This document shows positions 48,816 to 60,256 of a stretch of 64,000 nt of DNA, piece by piece. Every line of letters begins with the position of its first letter. Position 1 is the first letter of the stretch. The translations under genes were made by a program, and so were the position numbers. The notes below the pieces were generated by a model. It made no database searches. It was not told the DNA's origin and was given only the letters and a program-made list of their open reading frames with translations. The DNA is from Pedobacter sp. (GTDB lineage: Bacteria > Desulfobacterota > Desulfuromonadia > Desulfuromonadales > Syntrophotaleaceae): positions 256,001 through 320,000 of the forward strand of contig JBFWJC010000002.1 in the NCBI GenBank assembly GCA_050253415.1, written 5' to 3'.

Positions 48816-49943
48816 ATGTCTTTACCCCCCATCCTGGTTGATGATGCTTCCGTGGTCATGCTGGCGCAGGAGCTAAGCGCCGAACACATCATTGCCGTGG
48901 ATCTCGAAGCCGATTCCCTGCATTCCTACCAGGACAAAGTCTGTCTGATACAGATCTCCACGCCAACCCGTACGGTGCTTGTCGACCCCTTGGCCGCTAA
49001 GGATCTCTCCCCTCTCGCACCGGTGTTGGCCAACCCCGCCATCCGTAAGATTTTTCATGCTGCCGATTACGATATCCGGAGTTTGTACCGTGACTTCGGT
49101 ATGGAAATTCGTGGTCTTTTCGATACCATGATAGCCTGCCAGATGCTGGGTGAAGAGCGTGTCGGCCTGGCCGATGTGCTTGGCAAATATATGAATGTCA
49201 CTTTGGATAAACGTTATCAGCGGGCCGACTGGTCGAAGCGTCCGCTTGAGGAGGGCATGGTCCGTTATGCTGCGGAAGATACCTGTCACCTTCACCAATT
49301 GGCGGAAATGCTCGAACAGCGATTGCTTGACATGGGGCGTCTGAGCTGGGCCGAGGAGGAGTTTGCGTTGCTGGAGCAGGTGCGTCCGTCGGAAAATAAC
49401 GGACCGCTGTTTTTGCGTGTCAAGGGGGCCGCGCTGCTGGAGCGCAAACAGCTGGCGGTACTCGATCAATTGTTGCAATGGCGCGATGAGGAAGCCTGCC
49501 GCAGGGATCGTCCTCCGTTTAAAATCGTCGGCAACAAGACCCTGCTCGATCTGGCCAGGATCATGCCTGGCGGTCTTGGGGAGACGAGTAATGTGGAAGG
49601 TTTTTCGCCGCGTCTGGCGGATCGCTACGGACGTGCTCTGCTCGGTGCGGTGCGCAAAGGCATGGCACTGCCCAAGGAGCAATGGCCGGTGTATCCCCGT
49701 GGCGAGCGGCGTGAGCGCGACCCTGCCGTGGAGGAGCGCATGAAGGTGCTTAAAAATGTGCGCAGTGCCATGGCTGAACGGTTGGCCATGGATCCAGGCG
49801 TGCTGGTTAATAATGCCCAGCTCGAAGGTCTGGCCAGAGCCTGCCCCGCCAACCTGCAACAGGTGGCAGAGCTGGGGGTGCTGAAAAACTGGCAGCGGGA
49901 AGTACTCGGTGAAGAGGCGGTGCGCGCATTGGCGCAGGCCTGA
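48816..49943 (+). CDS. rnd: Ribonuclease D
   Basis: AVDLE, KIFHA..YD, DWS.RPL, YAA.D, HRDC domains. Confidence 0.9.
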   Translation: MSLPPILVDDASVVMLAQELSAEHIIAVDLEADSLHSYQDKVCLIQISTPTRTVLVDPLAAKDLSPLAPVLANPAIRKIFHAADYDIRSLYRDFGMEIRGLFDTMIACQMLGEERVGLADVLGKYMNVTLDKRYQRADWSKRPLEEGMVRYAAEDTCHLHQLAEMLEQRLLDMGRLSWAEEEFALLEQVRPSENNGPLFLRVKGAALLERKQLAVLDQLLQWRDEEACRRDRPPFKIVGNKTLLDLARIMPGGLGETSNVEGFSPRLADRYGRALLGAVRKGMALPKEQWPVYPRGERRERDPAVEERMKVLKNVRSAMAERLAMDPGVLVNNAQLEGLARACPANLQQVAELGVLKNWQREVLGEEAVRALAQA

Positions 49944-49994
49944 TACGTAAAGGAAAACAGCGGCCGGGGCGTGAGCCCCGGCCGACTTTGACTG

Positions 49995-51401
49995 CTAGCG
50001 GGTTTTGCCCGGGATACCGGGCTCGGTCATGGGGCGCGGATCCAGAATGCGCGCCAGTTCCTCGGCCGGTAACACTTTCTGCTCCAGCGCCACTTCACGT
50101 ACGGTGCGACCGGTGGCGAAGGCCTGTTTGGCGATATCCGCAGCCTTGTCGTAGCCGATCACCGGTGCCAGCGCGGTACACATGGCCAGGCTCTGCTCCA
50201 CCAGCGATTCGCAGCGCGTCCGGTCGGCTTCCAGCCCCTGCAGACAGCGCAGGGTGAACTGGGTGGAGGCGTTGCCCAGCAGGGCGATCGATTGCAGCAG
50301 GTTATGGGTCATGACCGGCATCATCACATTCAACTCAAAATTACCGGACAGTCCGCCCAGGGTAATGGCCGCATCGTTGCCGACCACCTGGCTGCATACC
50401 TGCATGAGGCTTTCGGCCATGACCGGATTGACTTTGCCCGGCATGATGGAGCTGCCCGGCTGCACCGGCGGCAACAGCAACTCGCCGATACCGCAGCGCG
50501 GGCCGCTGCCGAGCAGGCGGATATCGTTGGCGATTTTGAACAGCGCGCATGCGGTCCGCTTGAGGGCGCCACTGGTGGCCACCACGGCATCCTTGGATGC
50601 CTGCGCTTCGAAATGGTTGCTGGCCTCGCGAAATTCGAGACCGGTGTGATCACCGATAGCGGCGATGACGCGGGAGGCGAATTGCGGGTGCGCATTGAGG
50701 CCGGTGCCGACCGCAGTGCCGCCCAAGGCCAGTTCCAGCAGGTCGTCCTGGGCGCGTTCGATGCCGCGGATGGCCAGCGCCAGTTGCCGGGCGTAGCCCG
50801 AAAACACCTGGCCGAGGCGTACTGGTGTGGCATCCTGCAGGTGGGTACGGCCGATCTTGATAATGTCGTTGAAAGCCAGGGCCTTTTCACCAAGGGTTTC
50901 CTGCATGTCAAACAGCGCCTTGACCAGCATGTTACGGATTTCAAGGGCTGCGGCGATATGCATGGCGGTGGGGATGACGTCGTTGCTCGACTGGCCGAGG
51001 TTGACATGATCGTTGGGGTGTACCGCCCGGGAGCCAACCGTTTTACCTAATATCTGGGCAGCGCGGTTGGCAATGACTTCGTTGGCGTTCATGTTGGTGC
51101 TGGTGCCGGAGCCGGTCTGAAAGATGTCGAGCACAAAATGCTCGTCAAGCTGGCCGTTCATTACCTCTTCGGCCGCCTGTATGATGGCCGCCGCGCGCTG
51201 CTCATCAAGCATGCCCAGTTCAAGGTTGGCCTGTGCGGCGTAACGCTTGATCAGACCGAGGGCATGAATGAAGGGGCGCGGAAAACGTTGCCCGGAAATA
51301 GGAAAATTTGCCAGTGCCCGCGCAGTCTGGGCGCCGTATAGTGCCGAAGCGGGGACTTCCATGGTGCCCATGGAATCCTTTTCAATTCTGGTCGTGGTCA
51401 T
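49995..51401 (-). CDS. fumC: Fumarate hydratase class II
   Basis: QTGSGT.TNMN.NEV, GRTHLQDA, GSSIMPGKVNP. Confidence 0.92.
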   Translation of the reverse strand: MTTTRIEKDSMGTMEVPASALYGAQTARALANFPISGQRFPRPFIHALGLIKRYAAQANLELGMLDEQRAAAIIQAAEEVMNGQLDEHFVLDIFQTGSGTSTNMNANEVIANRAAQILGKTVGSRAVHPNDHVNLGQSSNDVIPTAMHIAAALEIRNMLVKALFDMQETLGEKALAFNDIIKIGRTHLQDATPVRLGQVFSGYARQLALAIRGIERAQDDLLELALGGTAVGTGLNAHPQFASRVIAAIGDHTGLEFREASNHFEAQASKDAVVATSGALKRTACALFKIANDIRLLGSGPRCGIGELLLPPVQPGSSIMPGKVNPVMAESLMQVCSQVVGNDAAITLGGLSGNFELNVMMPVMTHNLLQSIALLGNASTQFTLRCLQGLEADRTRCESLVEQSLAMCTALAPVIGYDKAADIAKQAFATGRTVREVALEQKVLPAEELARILDPRPMTEPGIPGKTR

Positions 51402-51737
51402 AAATATATCTCCATTGCAGGTATATTAGTGGCTGTGTGGTGAATCCTGTCTTTTGATTCTGGCTCTTTTCGGTGCTGCCTGCGTTGCCCTGACTTGACT
51501 TAATGCTCGGTTAGGTTCGCGTTGGTACGCTTTGGCACCACTAAAAATTTCTCGGAATTATGTGACACGACTTCCCCCGCAGGTCACTGGAAAATCCAAA
51601 GGGCAGGACAGTCAAAACACGATTTTGTCGGAAAACTGGATTGAGAATAGACAACCAGCCTCGCTCTGTCAACGGCTCCGAACAACTCCGGAACGTCTGG
51701 CCAAAACTCTGTCGATGCTTTTGCAGCAAGGAATAGC

Positions 51738-52346
51738 ATGAAAAATCTGGCACATTTCTTTTTTGAAGTAGGCATGCTTAAACGGACTCCTCGCACCGGG
51801 TTTCAGTTCCTCGGTTCCGGGGCAGAGTCGGTGGCGGAACACTCGTTTCGCACCGCTGTTATCGGTTTTACCCTGGCGCGTCTCGATGGTCAGGCCGACG
51901 TCGGTCGGGTGCTTCAATTGTGCCTGTTTCACGATATCCCGGAGGCGCGTCTGGGTGATCTCAACTATGTCAACAAAAAGTACGTGCAGGTTGATGAACA
52001 GCGCGCCGTCGATGATCTGGCCGCCACTCTGCCTTTCGGTGACGAGTATCGGCAGACCCTGGCCGAGTTTTCCGGTCGTGAGACCCGCGAGTCGCTTCTG
52101 GCTCATGATGCGGACCAGTTGGAGATGATCCTGGCGTTAAAAGAGTATAAGGATCTTGGCAACCGTTATGCCGACGAATGGTATCCGTTTGCCGTGCGAC
52201 GCCTTAAAACCGAGCTTGCATGCAAGTTGGCCGGGGATATATGGGCTACCGATTCGACACGCTGGTGGTTCGATGAGGACAGCGACTGGTGGGTGAATGG
52301 CTCGCATGGTACAAATCCGGTTGACGGATCTGAAGATAAGTGCTAG
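51738..52346 (+). CDS. HD-domain hydrolase (5'-deoxynucleotidase-like)
   Basis: ESVAEHS, HD..E.R.GD, DAD.LE. Confidence 0.85.
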   Translation: MKNLAHFFFEVGMLKRTPRTGFQFLGSGAESVAEHSFRTAVIGFTLARLDGQADVGRVLQLCLFHDIPEARLGDLNYVNKKYVQVDEQRAVDDLAATLPFGDEYRQTLAEFSGRETRESLLAHDADQLEMILALKEYKDLGNRYADEWYPFAVRRLKTELACKLAGDIWATDSTRWWFDEDSDWWVNGSHGTNPVDGSEDKC

Positions 52347-52410
52347 ATAAATAGCCCTTGTCGAGTCACCCATCCGGAGTTTTCGGATATGCCCAAAACG
52401 GGAGAGTTCC

Positions 52411-53682
52411 ATGCTGGATCTTAAATTCGTGCGTGAAAATTTCGCGGAAGCCGAAAGGCGACTGGCGACCCGGGGCGGTGCCATTGACCTTTCCGCCTTT
52501 TCCGACCTGGATACACGCCGGCGTAACCTGCTGGGCGAAACCGAGTCCCTTAAGGCGGAAAAAAATCAGGTCTCGGCACTGATCGGCAAGACCAAGGACA
52601 AAAGTCAGGTGCAGGGCGAAATCGCCCGCATGAAAGAAGTTTCCGCGCGTATCAAGGATCTGGACGACGAGTTGAAACAGGTCGAGGGCGATCTGCGCAA
52701 CCTGTTGATGACTTTGCCCAACCTTCCGCATGAGGATTGCCCCGCGGGTACTTCCGAAGAAGACAATGTCGAGGTCAAGCGCTGGGGACAACTGCCCGAG
52801 TTCTCTTTTGAAGCTCAATCTCACTGGGATATCGGCGAGCGTCTCGATATTCTCGATTTTGAGCGGGCCGGCAAGCTGGCCGGGGCTCGTTTTGCCCTGT
52901 ATAAAGGCGCAGGAGCCAGGCTGGAACGGGCTTTGATAAATTTCATGCTCGACTTGCACACGGATGAGCACAAATATGTTGAAATCCTCCCGCCCCTTAT
53001 GGTAAACAGAGACACCATGACGGGGACGGGACAACTCCCCAAGTTTGAAAGCGATCTTTTTCATCTGGACGATCCGGATTTTTTCCTGATTCCAACCGCC
53101 GAAGTGCCGGTGACCAATATTCACCGTGATGAAATTCTGGCGGATAGCGACCTGCCGATATGCTATGCGGCCTATACACCTTGTTTTCGCAAGGAGGCCG
53201 GCTCGCACGGTCGCGATACCCGAGGGCTGATTCGCATGCACCAGTTCAATAAAGTAGAACTGGTTAAATTTGCACGCCCTGAAGAATCGGATCAGGAACT
53301 GCTTAAATTATTGGACAATGCCGAAGAGGTGTTGCGGCGTCTGAATCTGCCCTATCGGGTGGTCGACCTGTGCACCGGCGATATCGGATTCTCTGCAGCG
53401 CGCACCTTCGACATCGAAGTGTGGTTGCCGGGACAGCAGACGTATCGGGAAATATCTTCCTGTTCCAACTTTCGCGATTTTCAGGCGCGTCGTGCCGCGA
53501 TTCGTTTCCGACGCGAAGAAAAAGGCAAGCCGGAGTTGGTGCACACCCTGAACGGTTCCGGCCTGGCAGTCGGCCGTACCCTGGTGGCGATACTGGAAAA
53601 CTACCAGCAAGAGGACGGTTCGGTGGTGATCCCCGAAGCGTTGCGCCCTTACATGGGCGGCATGGAAAGAATTACCGGATAG
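52411..53682 (+). CDS. serS: Seryl-tRNA synthetase
   Basis: GQLPKF, PTAEVP, FR.EAG, HQF.KVE, EISSCSN, TLNGSG. Confidence 0.97.
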   Translation: MLDLKFVRENFAEAERRLATRGGAIDLSAFSDLDTRRRNLLGETESLKAEKNQVSALIGKTKDKSQVQGEIARMKEVSARIKDLDDELKQVEGDLRNLLMTLPNLPHEDCPAGTSEEDNVEVKRWGQLPEFSFEAQSHWDIGERLDILDFERAGKLAGARFALYKGAGARLERALINFMLDLHTDEHKYVEILPPLMVNRDTMTGTGQLPKFESDLFHLDDPDFFLIPTAEVPVTNIHRDEILADSDLPICYAAYTPCFRKEAGSHGRDTRGLIRMHQFNKVELVKFARPEESDQELLKLLDNAEEVLRRLNLPYRVVDLCTGDIGFSAARTFDIEVWLPGQQTYREISSCSNFRDFQARRAAIRFRREEKGKPELVHTLNGSGLAVGRTLVAILENYQQEDGSVVIPEALRPYMGGMERITG

Positions 53683-53700
53683 GATCAGGACTGAATCCAC

Positions 53701-53786
53701 GGAGGAGTGGCCGAGTGGTTTAAGGCGGCGGTCTTGAAAACCGTTGTACGAAAGTACCGTGGGTTCGAATCCTACCTCCTCCGCCA
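53701..53786 (+). tRNA. tRNA-Ser(TGA)
   Basis: Cloverleaf with long variable arm, loop CT-TGA-AA, encoded CCA. Confidence 0.95.
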
Positions 53787-53856
53787 TATATACATATTGA
53801 ATTTGAAAGTCTGTCGTTTGCGACAGGTCAGCAAGAGCATAATAGAGTAACAAAAC

Positions 53857-53952
<96 letters not shown>

Positions 53953-54033
53953 TTATGCTAAAAAAATGTGCCGATACGGTAAAAAAAGTTGACAAACAAA
54001 ACCAAATCGGCGATAACTGCACCTCTTGAATAC

Positions 54034-54110
<77 letters not shown>

Positions 54111-54129
54111 TTTAAAAAATACCGACCCA

Positions 54130-54648
54130 ATGGATCTTGATGACATGCAAGACAGGGTCTATATGCAGGAGGCCCTGGTGGAGGCCTCAACCGCCGCAAG
54201 GCTGGGTGAGGTTCCTGTCGGGGCTGTTGTCGTTAAGGGCGGCCAGATTATCGGCCGGGGGCATAATTTGCGGGAAACCAGCAATGATCCCACGACCCAC
54301 GCCGAGATGATCGCCATCCGTCAGGCTGCGGCCGCTCTCGGTTCCTGGCGCTTGATCGACTGTACGCTGTACGTTACGTTGGAGCCTTGCGTCATGTGCA
54401 TGGGCGCCATCATCCTGGCTCGCATCCCGCAATTGGTATATGGGTGCCGCGACCCGCGTGTCGGGGCTGTCGGTTCCATTTACGATTTATCGCAGGATGA
54501 CCGTTTCAACCATAGGGTTGCGGTCACCGAAGGTGTCCTCAGGCAACAGTGCAGCGATATGTTGAGCGGCTTTTTCCGGCAGTTGCGGGCCGAAAAAAAA
54601 CAGCGCAAGCTGCAGGCCGCTGATGACAAGGAAAATTTGGAAGAATAG
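54130..54648 (+). CDS. tadA: tRNA adenosine(34) deaminase
   Basis: EVPVGAV, HAE, TLEPC.MC, FF.QLR. Confidence 0.93.
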   Translation: MDLDDMQDRVYMQEALVEASTAARLGEVPVGAVVVKGGQIIGRGHNLRETSNDPTTHAEMIAIRQAAAALGSWRLIDCTLYVTLEPCVMCMGAIILARIPQLVYGCRDPRVGAVGSIYDLSQDDRFNHRVAVTEGVLRQQCSDMLSGFFRQLRAEKKQRKLQAADDKENLEE

Positions 54649-54660
54649 ACAAATAAAGAC

Positions 54661-54748
54661 GGAGGGGTGTCCGAGAGGTCGAAGGTGACAGACTCGAAAT
54701 CTGTTGTACCGCAAGGTACCGTGGGTTCGAATCCCACCCCCTCCGCCA
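54661..54748 (+). tRNA. tRNA-Ser(CGA)
   Basis: ACAGA-CTCGAAA-TCTGT arm, CCA, followed by a terminator hairpin. Confidence 0.95.
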
Positions 54749-55085
54749 GTAACAATAAGGGCTTAGCCGGCAACGGCTGGGCCCTTTTGTTTTTTCGCGA
54801 TCATGCTTATCTGTCTGATTAACGTGACCAGTGGAGACGAAGAATCCAATCGTTAATGTTCTATCTGGGAGTAAAGACATTCGTTGTATCTCTATGCCCC
54901 TGCCTACCGAGGGATGATTGTCGTTGAAAATTCTTTGCAAGTTGTGATAATGCTGGCGCTTTTTGCAGAAATGGGGTACTCTGCAAGATTGTTAAGATCA
55001 GGTGGCGGGTGTGCTGCTGTTTGATATTAATAATCACATTGCTCGCTGTTCCAAGCCTTTCGAGCTTTTTCCAAACAGGTTATCC

Positions 55086-56843
55086 ATGACTGAAGAAACG
55101 TTTACTAGCTTTGCTGAACTATCCCTTGCGCCGGAAATTACTCGTGTCGTAGACGAGATTGGTTATGAAACTCCTTCGCCGATTCAGGCGCGCAGTATTC
55201 CGCCGTTGCTAGAAGGGCGGGACCTTCTCGGGCAGGCGCAGACCGGTACGGGTAAAACCGCCGCTTTTGCTCTGCCTCTGCTGAGCCGGCTTGATTTGTC
55301 TCAGAGGCATACGCAGATTTTGGTGTTAGCCCCGACCAGGGAACTGGCATTACAGGTTGCTGAAGCGATGCAGACCTATGCCCGTTACTTTAAGGGGTTT
55401 CATGTGCTGCCGGTTTATGGCGGTCAGAATATGGGGCAACAGTTACGTCAGTTGGAGCGCGGTGCCCATGTCGTGGTCGGTACTCCGGGTCGAATCCAGG
55501 ATCATTTGCGACGGGGAACCTTGAAGCTGGACCGTTTGTCTGCCGTAGTGGTGGATGAGGCGGACGAAATGCTTAAGATGGGCTTTATCGATGATGTTGA
55601 GCAGATTCTCGATCACACACCGTCGACTCGCCAGACCGCACTGTTTTCCGCTACTATGCCTAACGAAGTGCTGAAGGTTGCCCGTAAGCATCTGCGTGAT
55701 CCTGTCGAGGTGCGCATTCAGGCCAAGACATCCACCGTCGAAACCATAAACCAACGGTTTTGGCAGGTTAAAGGGCTGGCGAAGCTCGATGCCCTGACCA
55801 GGATACTTGAGGCTGAAGATATCGATGCGATGCTCATTTTCGTAAGGACCAAGATAGCAACCGTGGAGCTGGCTGAAAAGCTTGAGGCCCGCGGTTTTTC
55901 CAGTGCGGCCTTGAATGGCGACATGACACAGGCGCTGCGCGAAAAAGCTGTCGAGCGGCTTAAGAACGGCAGTCTTGACATTGTGGTTGCTACCGATGTG
56001 GCGGCACGCGGGCTGGACGTTCAGCGCATCAGCCACGTTGTTAATTACGATATCCCTTATGATACCGAGTCGTACGTTCATCGCATCGGCCGCACCGGTC
56101 GAGCAGGGCGTGAAGGCACGGCGATTTTGTTCGTGGCCCCTCGCGAGAGGCGCATGTTGGCCGCCATCGAACAGGCTACTCGGCAGAAGATCGCTCCTAT
56201 GAAGCTACCGACCCGCCAGGATATTACTGAGCGGCGTGTGGGTCTTTTCAAGGAGCAGATCGCTGCAGCCATGCAGGATCGGGATCTGGATTTCTTCGAG
56301 CAACTCATCGATAGTTGCCAGCAGGAATTCGATAGCGAGCCCAGGAAGATTGCCGCAGCTCTGGCTTATCTGCTCCAGCAGGATCGCCCGCTAATGCCCG
56401 AGGACGACGGTTTGGACGATATCGAGCCGGAAAAGGAAGCGCGTTTTAACTCCGGAAGTCGTGGCTCTTCTGATGAAGGCCTTAGGCGTTATCGTATCGA
56501 AGTGGGTCGTGTTCATGGCGTTGTGCCAGGACATATCGTCGGTGCTATAGCCAACGAAGCCAATATCAACAGTCGTGATATCGGACAGATAAAAATCAGC
56601 CACGACTATAGCCTGGTCGATTTGCCTGAAAACTTGTCGCCGGCTACTTTTCGCCAATTGCAGAAGGTCTGGGTGTGTGGCCAGCAGTTGCAACTCAGTC
56701 TGGATGCCGGTGGTAAACACGATTTCCGGCATGATAAGCCTCCCAGGAGGCGTCCTGCGGGCAAGCCTGCTGAGAGGCGTAAGGGCAAACCTGCGAGGAG
56801 TAATCTTTCTGGGGGAAAGCGTCCGCCCAAGAAGACGCGATAG
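55086..56843 (+). CDS. deaD: DEAD-box RNA helicase
   Basis: AQTGTGKT, DEAD, SAT, HRIGRTGR, DbpA-type RNA-binding domain. Confidence 0.93.
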   Translation: MTEETFTSFAELSLAPEITRVVDEIGYETPSPIQARSIPPLLEGRDLLGQAQTGTGKTAAFALPLLSRLDLSQRHTQILVLAPTRELALQVAEAMQTYARYFKGFHVLPVYGGQNMGQQLRQLERGAHVVVGTPGRIQDHLRRGTLKLDRLSAVVVDEADEMLKMGFIDDVEQILDHTPSTRQTALFSATMPNEVLKVARKHLRDPVEVRIQAKTSTVETINQRFWQVKGLAKLDALTRILEAEDIDAMLIFVRTKIATVELAEKLEARGFSSAALNGDMTQALREKAVERLKNGSLDIVVATDVAARGLDVQRISHVVNYDIPYDTESYVHRIGRTGRAGREGTAILFVAPRERRMLAAIEQATRQKIAPMKLPTRQDITERRVGLFKEQIAAAMQDRDLDFFEQLIDSCQQEFDSEPRKIAAALAYLLQQDRPLMPEDDGLDDIEPEKEARFNSGSRGSSDEGLRRYRIEVGRVHGVVPGHIVGAIANEANINSRDIGQIKISHDYSLVDLPENLSPATFRQLQKVWVCGQQLQLSLDAGGKHDFRHDKPPRRRPAGKPAERRKGKPARSNLSGGKRPPKKTR

Positions 56844-56900
56844 TATCTGCTTATTTCTGCCAAAAGACATCACGTCCAAATTTTCGCAGCGCCTTTGTTT

Positions 56901-56934
56901 AAACAAGCCCGTCCAGTATTGGACGGGCTTGTTT
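56901..56934 (+). terminator. Intrinsic terminator
   Basis: AAACAAGCCCGTCCA-GTAT-TGGACGGGCTTGTTT. Confidence 0.8.
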
Positions 56935-57505
56935 TGTTTATGCCATGCTTCATGGTGGATAGCGGGTTTTCCGGAAGCCGTGGCCATTTCGTAATTGCGA
57001 TTTGGAGACGGAAAGTATGTGAAATGCGTTCTTCAATAAGAGCCATTCCGGTGATCCTTTTTTGGTTTGGGGATTGCCCTATGGGGCTGTAACGTGAAAG
57101 CGCTCGCTTCGTAGTGGTTTGTATGTCTCAATAGGGTAAGGTCTACCGGCACTTGGCTGGTGGGTGGTTACAGATCTGGAGAATTGCCAAGTCAGGAATA
57201 TAAAACATTGGTTGCGTTCGTTTGATCGTATGTGTTTTGTTAGATTTCCCTGGTTTTAAATATCCCCAAAATGGAAATTTCTTGAATCAACCTTTCGTGT
57301 TTCATCTTGCGTTAGCAAAACGATTCCGGATGACAACGTTCTTTTTCGGAACACCTGTCAATGTATATCAAACTAAAATGAGTCTAATGTTTCATGGCCG
57401 TTATCAACATTAGCATTGAGTCTTTTTTGGTGCCCAACTATATTCCCTCATAAAATCAATCTATTGTGACATATATTTCAGCCTGGATCCTGGTGACAGG
57501 CTATT

Positions 57506-57741
57506 TGTCTCAAGATTGATCGTCCTTTATTCTGACGTTTTTCATGGCTGGACATTTGTCTCACATCGACTTATTCGTCTCAAAATTATCTCTCCTGTAA
57601 CCTCCGTTTTTTTTCCCTCGTTTATTCCCTGTATACATAACTATTTGTGTAAGCATTTTTGTAACCACTGATAAAACAACAGTTTAAAAATAGTTTTTGT
57701 TGAAAAATCTTCGAGGCAGGAGATTTGGTACAACCATTGAA
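57506..57741 (+). promoter_or_regulatory. Putative sigma54 promoter with GTCTCA upstream sites and IHF-like site
   Basis: TGTCTCA at 57506 and 57557, CGTCTCA at 57576; AAACAACAGTTTA at 57674; TGGTAC-N5-TTGAA at 57726. Confidence 0.45.
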
Positions 57742-58058
57742 GATTAGCCTGTACGTTCTGCAGTAAAGAGGTTTGACAGGCAGGGTTCAGTTTGGGAGGT
57801 CTCCAGGAGGCACTGTGACAGCAGTGAGGGCCTGGCCGGTGGAGCAGAGATTATTTTCCATTCGGTGTATTTCACGAAAGGAGGCTTTTTGGGGGGTATC
57901 TCGGGTTGATTGCATGGAGGAGTTTTGTGAGGTCGAGGTAGGCAAAAAGCAGTACTTGATTGGCATGTGTATTTTGATTCGTGCGAGGCTGAAGTTTGGC
58001 GGTTGTGCGTTATGGCGCCCGGTCGCTCCTGTTAACGTCTAGCAAAAGGAAGCTTTAC

Positions 58059-59045
58059 ATGGAACCTTATAGTTTAAATACGATTCTGATGGTTTTCGGT
58101 GGTGGTATTGTGGGGACTGCGCTGGGCGGTCTGTGGGCCGTGGTGTTCTGTGCTCTTTTTGGTTTGATAGGCATCGGTGTAATTCTGAGTGGAGGCACTG
58201 ATTTCGTTCTGTCGCAGATTGCCTTTGGACCGATTTTTGGCCCGCATGTCGGGGGCTTCGGTGCCGGTCTGGCTGCCGCTACCTACGCCGTCTGGAGAAA
58301 AAATCATCCCAGCGGGGCTGCCAAAGATATTCTTACTCCTCTTCTTCATACTTCTTGGGATGTTCTGTTGTTCGGCGGGGTTTACTCGGTTGCAAGCCAT
58401 CTGGCGTTGCAACTGGTTGGCAAGGTGCCCCTGCTGAATCAGACGGACGGTATCGCCTTTGTACTTATCGGCGGGACACTGCTTACCAAACTTATCTTCC
58501 TGCGTGAACTCCCCTGGGGACAAAAAGATTCGATCCAGAAACACGGCTTGATGGGTACTGATAACCATGCCATCTCCTGGGCTGGCTGGCAGTCGCCCTG
58601 GGGCCTGCTTCTGCCCATGAATTTTGGTGCCGGAATTTTTTCCGCAGCCCTGGCCTGGGGCATTAAGATGCAACTCGATCCCATGGTTGCGGCCGGGCAG
58701 ATTTCGGCTCTCGGCGGATTTATAGCGCCACTTCTGGTGGGGTGGTGTACCGCCATCTTAATCCTGATGGCGCTTCAGCTTGGTACCGGTAAAATACAGC
58801 AGGTTCCCATCATGCATTGCCCTTCCATTATCGGAGCCTGGGTGTTCATGTATACTGGATCGATTCTGGCTGCCGGCATCGCAGGTCTGATCGCCGGCGT
58901 GGTTCAGGAGATATCTGCACGCGTTATCTATAATCACGGCACCGCACATATCGATCCGCCGGCCACTGCAATCATGATTTGCACCTTTTTGGTCAATATC
59001 ATCATGAAACCGGAATTTCTCAATTTAGCAGCCCTGTTCAATTAA
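58059..59045 (+). CDS. Polytopic membrane protein, possible diol/alcohol permease
   Basis: AAGGA RBS, many Gly-rich TM segments, FGPHVGG, HIDPPA. Confidence 0.75.
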   Translation: MEPYSLNTILMVFGGGIVGTALGGLWAVVFCALFGLIGIGVILSGGTDFVLSQIAFGPIFGPHVGGFGAGLAAATYAVWRKNHPSGAAKDILTPLLHTSWDVLLFGGVYSVASHLALQLVGKVPLLNQTDGIAFVLIGGTLLTKLIFLRELPWGQKDSIQKHGLMGTDNHAISWAGWQSPWGLLLPMNFGAGIFSAALAWGIKMQLDPMVAAGQISALGGFIAPLLVGWCTAILILMALQLGTGKIQQVPIMHCPSIIGAWVFMYTGSILAAGIAGLIAGVVQEISARVIYNHGTAHIDPPATAIMICTFLVNIIMKPEFLNLAALFN

Positions 59046-59103
59046 AGGGATTTCTACTAAACGTAGCGCTGACGCGCTAATTAACGTCGAAAGGAACAAA
59101 AAA

Positions 59104-60177
59104 ATGGCTCAAACGATGAAAGCAGCAGTATGGCATGGCAAAAAAGACATTCGCGTTGAAGACGTAGCCGTTCCTGCACCGCCCAAGGCAAATGAAGTAC
59201 AGATTGAAGTAGACTACTGTGGCATTTGCGGGTCCGACCTGCACGAATACCTCGCAGGCCCGATCTTTATCCCCACTGAGCCCCATCCTCTGACCGGTCA
59301 CAGCGGCAAGACCATTCTTGGCCACGAGTTCTCCGGTAAGGTCGTTGCTGTTGGCTCCGATGTTACCAACGTGCGGGTCGGTGATCTGGTCGCTCCCGAT
59401 GCTTGTCAGCACTGCGGCGTTTGCGTTACCTGTCGCGAAGGTCGCTACAATGTATGCGAAAAACTGGCTTTTACTGGTCTGATGGCCGATGGCGCTTTTG
59501 CCAAGTACGTTAATGTCCCTTCCAATATCGTTTATGTCCTGCCTGAGGGTGTCACTCAGGAAGATGCAGCCCTGATCGAGCCTATCGCCACCGGGTTTAA
59601 AGCCGTGCGCATGGCTGGGACCATCCTCGGTGAAACCGCCGTGGTATTCGGTGCTGGCACAATCGGTCTCGGTGTCCTGATGTGTGCCAAGGCCGCCGGC
59701 GCTGGCAAGGTTATCGTGGTTGAGATGTCCGCCCGCCGCAAGGAACTGGCCAAAGAGTGTGGTGCCGACGTTATCCTCGACCCCAAAGAATGCGACGTTA
59801 TTGCCGAAATCAAGAAGATGACCGGTGGATCCGGTGCTGACGTTTCCTTTGAATGTATCGGCAATAAGTTCACGGGGCCCCTGGCTATCGACGCCATCCG
59901 TAACAATGGCCGTGCCGTGATCGTCGGTATTTTTGAAGAGCCCAGCTCCTTTAACTTCTTCAGCCTCAGCGCTACCGACAAAAAAGTTATCGGTACTCTG
60001 GCTTACACTTTGGATGATTTCAAAGGCGTAAGTGCTCTGCTGGCCAACGGTGCCATCAAAGCTGCTCCGATGATCACCGGCAAGATCGAGCTGGCTGACA
60101 TCGTGGATAAAGGTTTTGATGAGCTGGTCAACAATAAGGATGCTCATATCAAGATCTTGGTTAAGCCTGCGAAATAA
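59104..60177 (+). CDS. Zn-dependent 2,3-butanediol dehydrogenase (MDR family)
   Basis: CGICGSDLHEY..GP, GHEFSG, CxxCxxC..C, G.G.IG, KIL. Confidence 0.88.
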   Translation: MAQTMKAAVWHGKKDIRVEDVAVPAPPKANEVQIEVDYCGICGSDLHEYLAGPIFIPTEPHPLTGHSGKTILGHEFSGKVVAVGSDVTNVRVGDLVAPDACQHCGVCVTCREGRYNVCEKLAFTGLMADGAFAKYVNVPSNIVYVLPEGVTQEDAALIEPIATGFKAVRMAGTILGETAVVFGAGTIGLGVLMCAKAAGAGKVIVVEMSARRKELAKECGADVILDPKECDVIAEIKKMTGGSGADVSFECIGNKFTGPLAIDAIRNNGRAVIVGIFEEPSSFNFFSLSATDKKVIGTLAYTLDDFKGVSALLANGAIKAAPMITGKIELADIVDKGFDELVNNKDAHIKILVKPAK

Positions 60178-60256
60178 GAAGGACGAAGTCCTCGCCCGGA
60201 TGATATCCGGGCGAGGTTAGCCTCGTAGCGAGCGCCGGGGTATGGGGATTAATGGT

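Noticed and set aside
54661..55085. Integrative element at tRNA-Ser(CGA)
   Set aside because: No integrase and no duplicated tRNA 3' end seen in the window.
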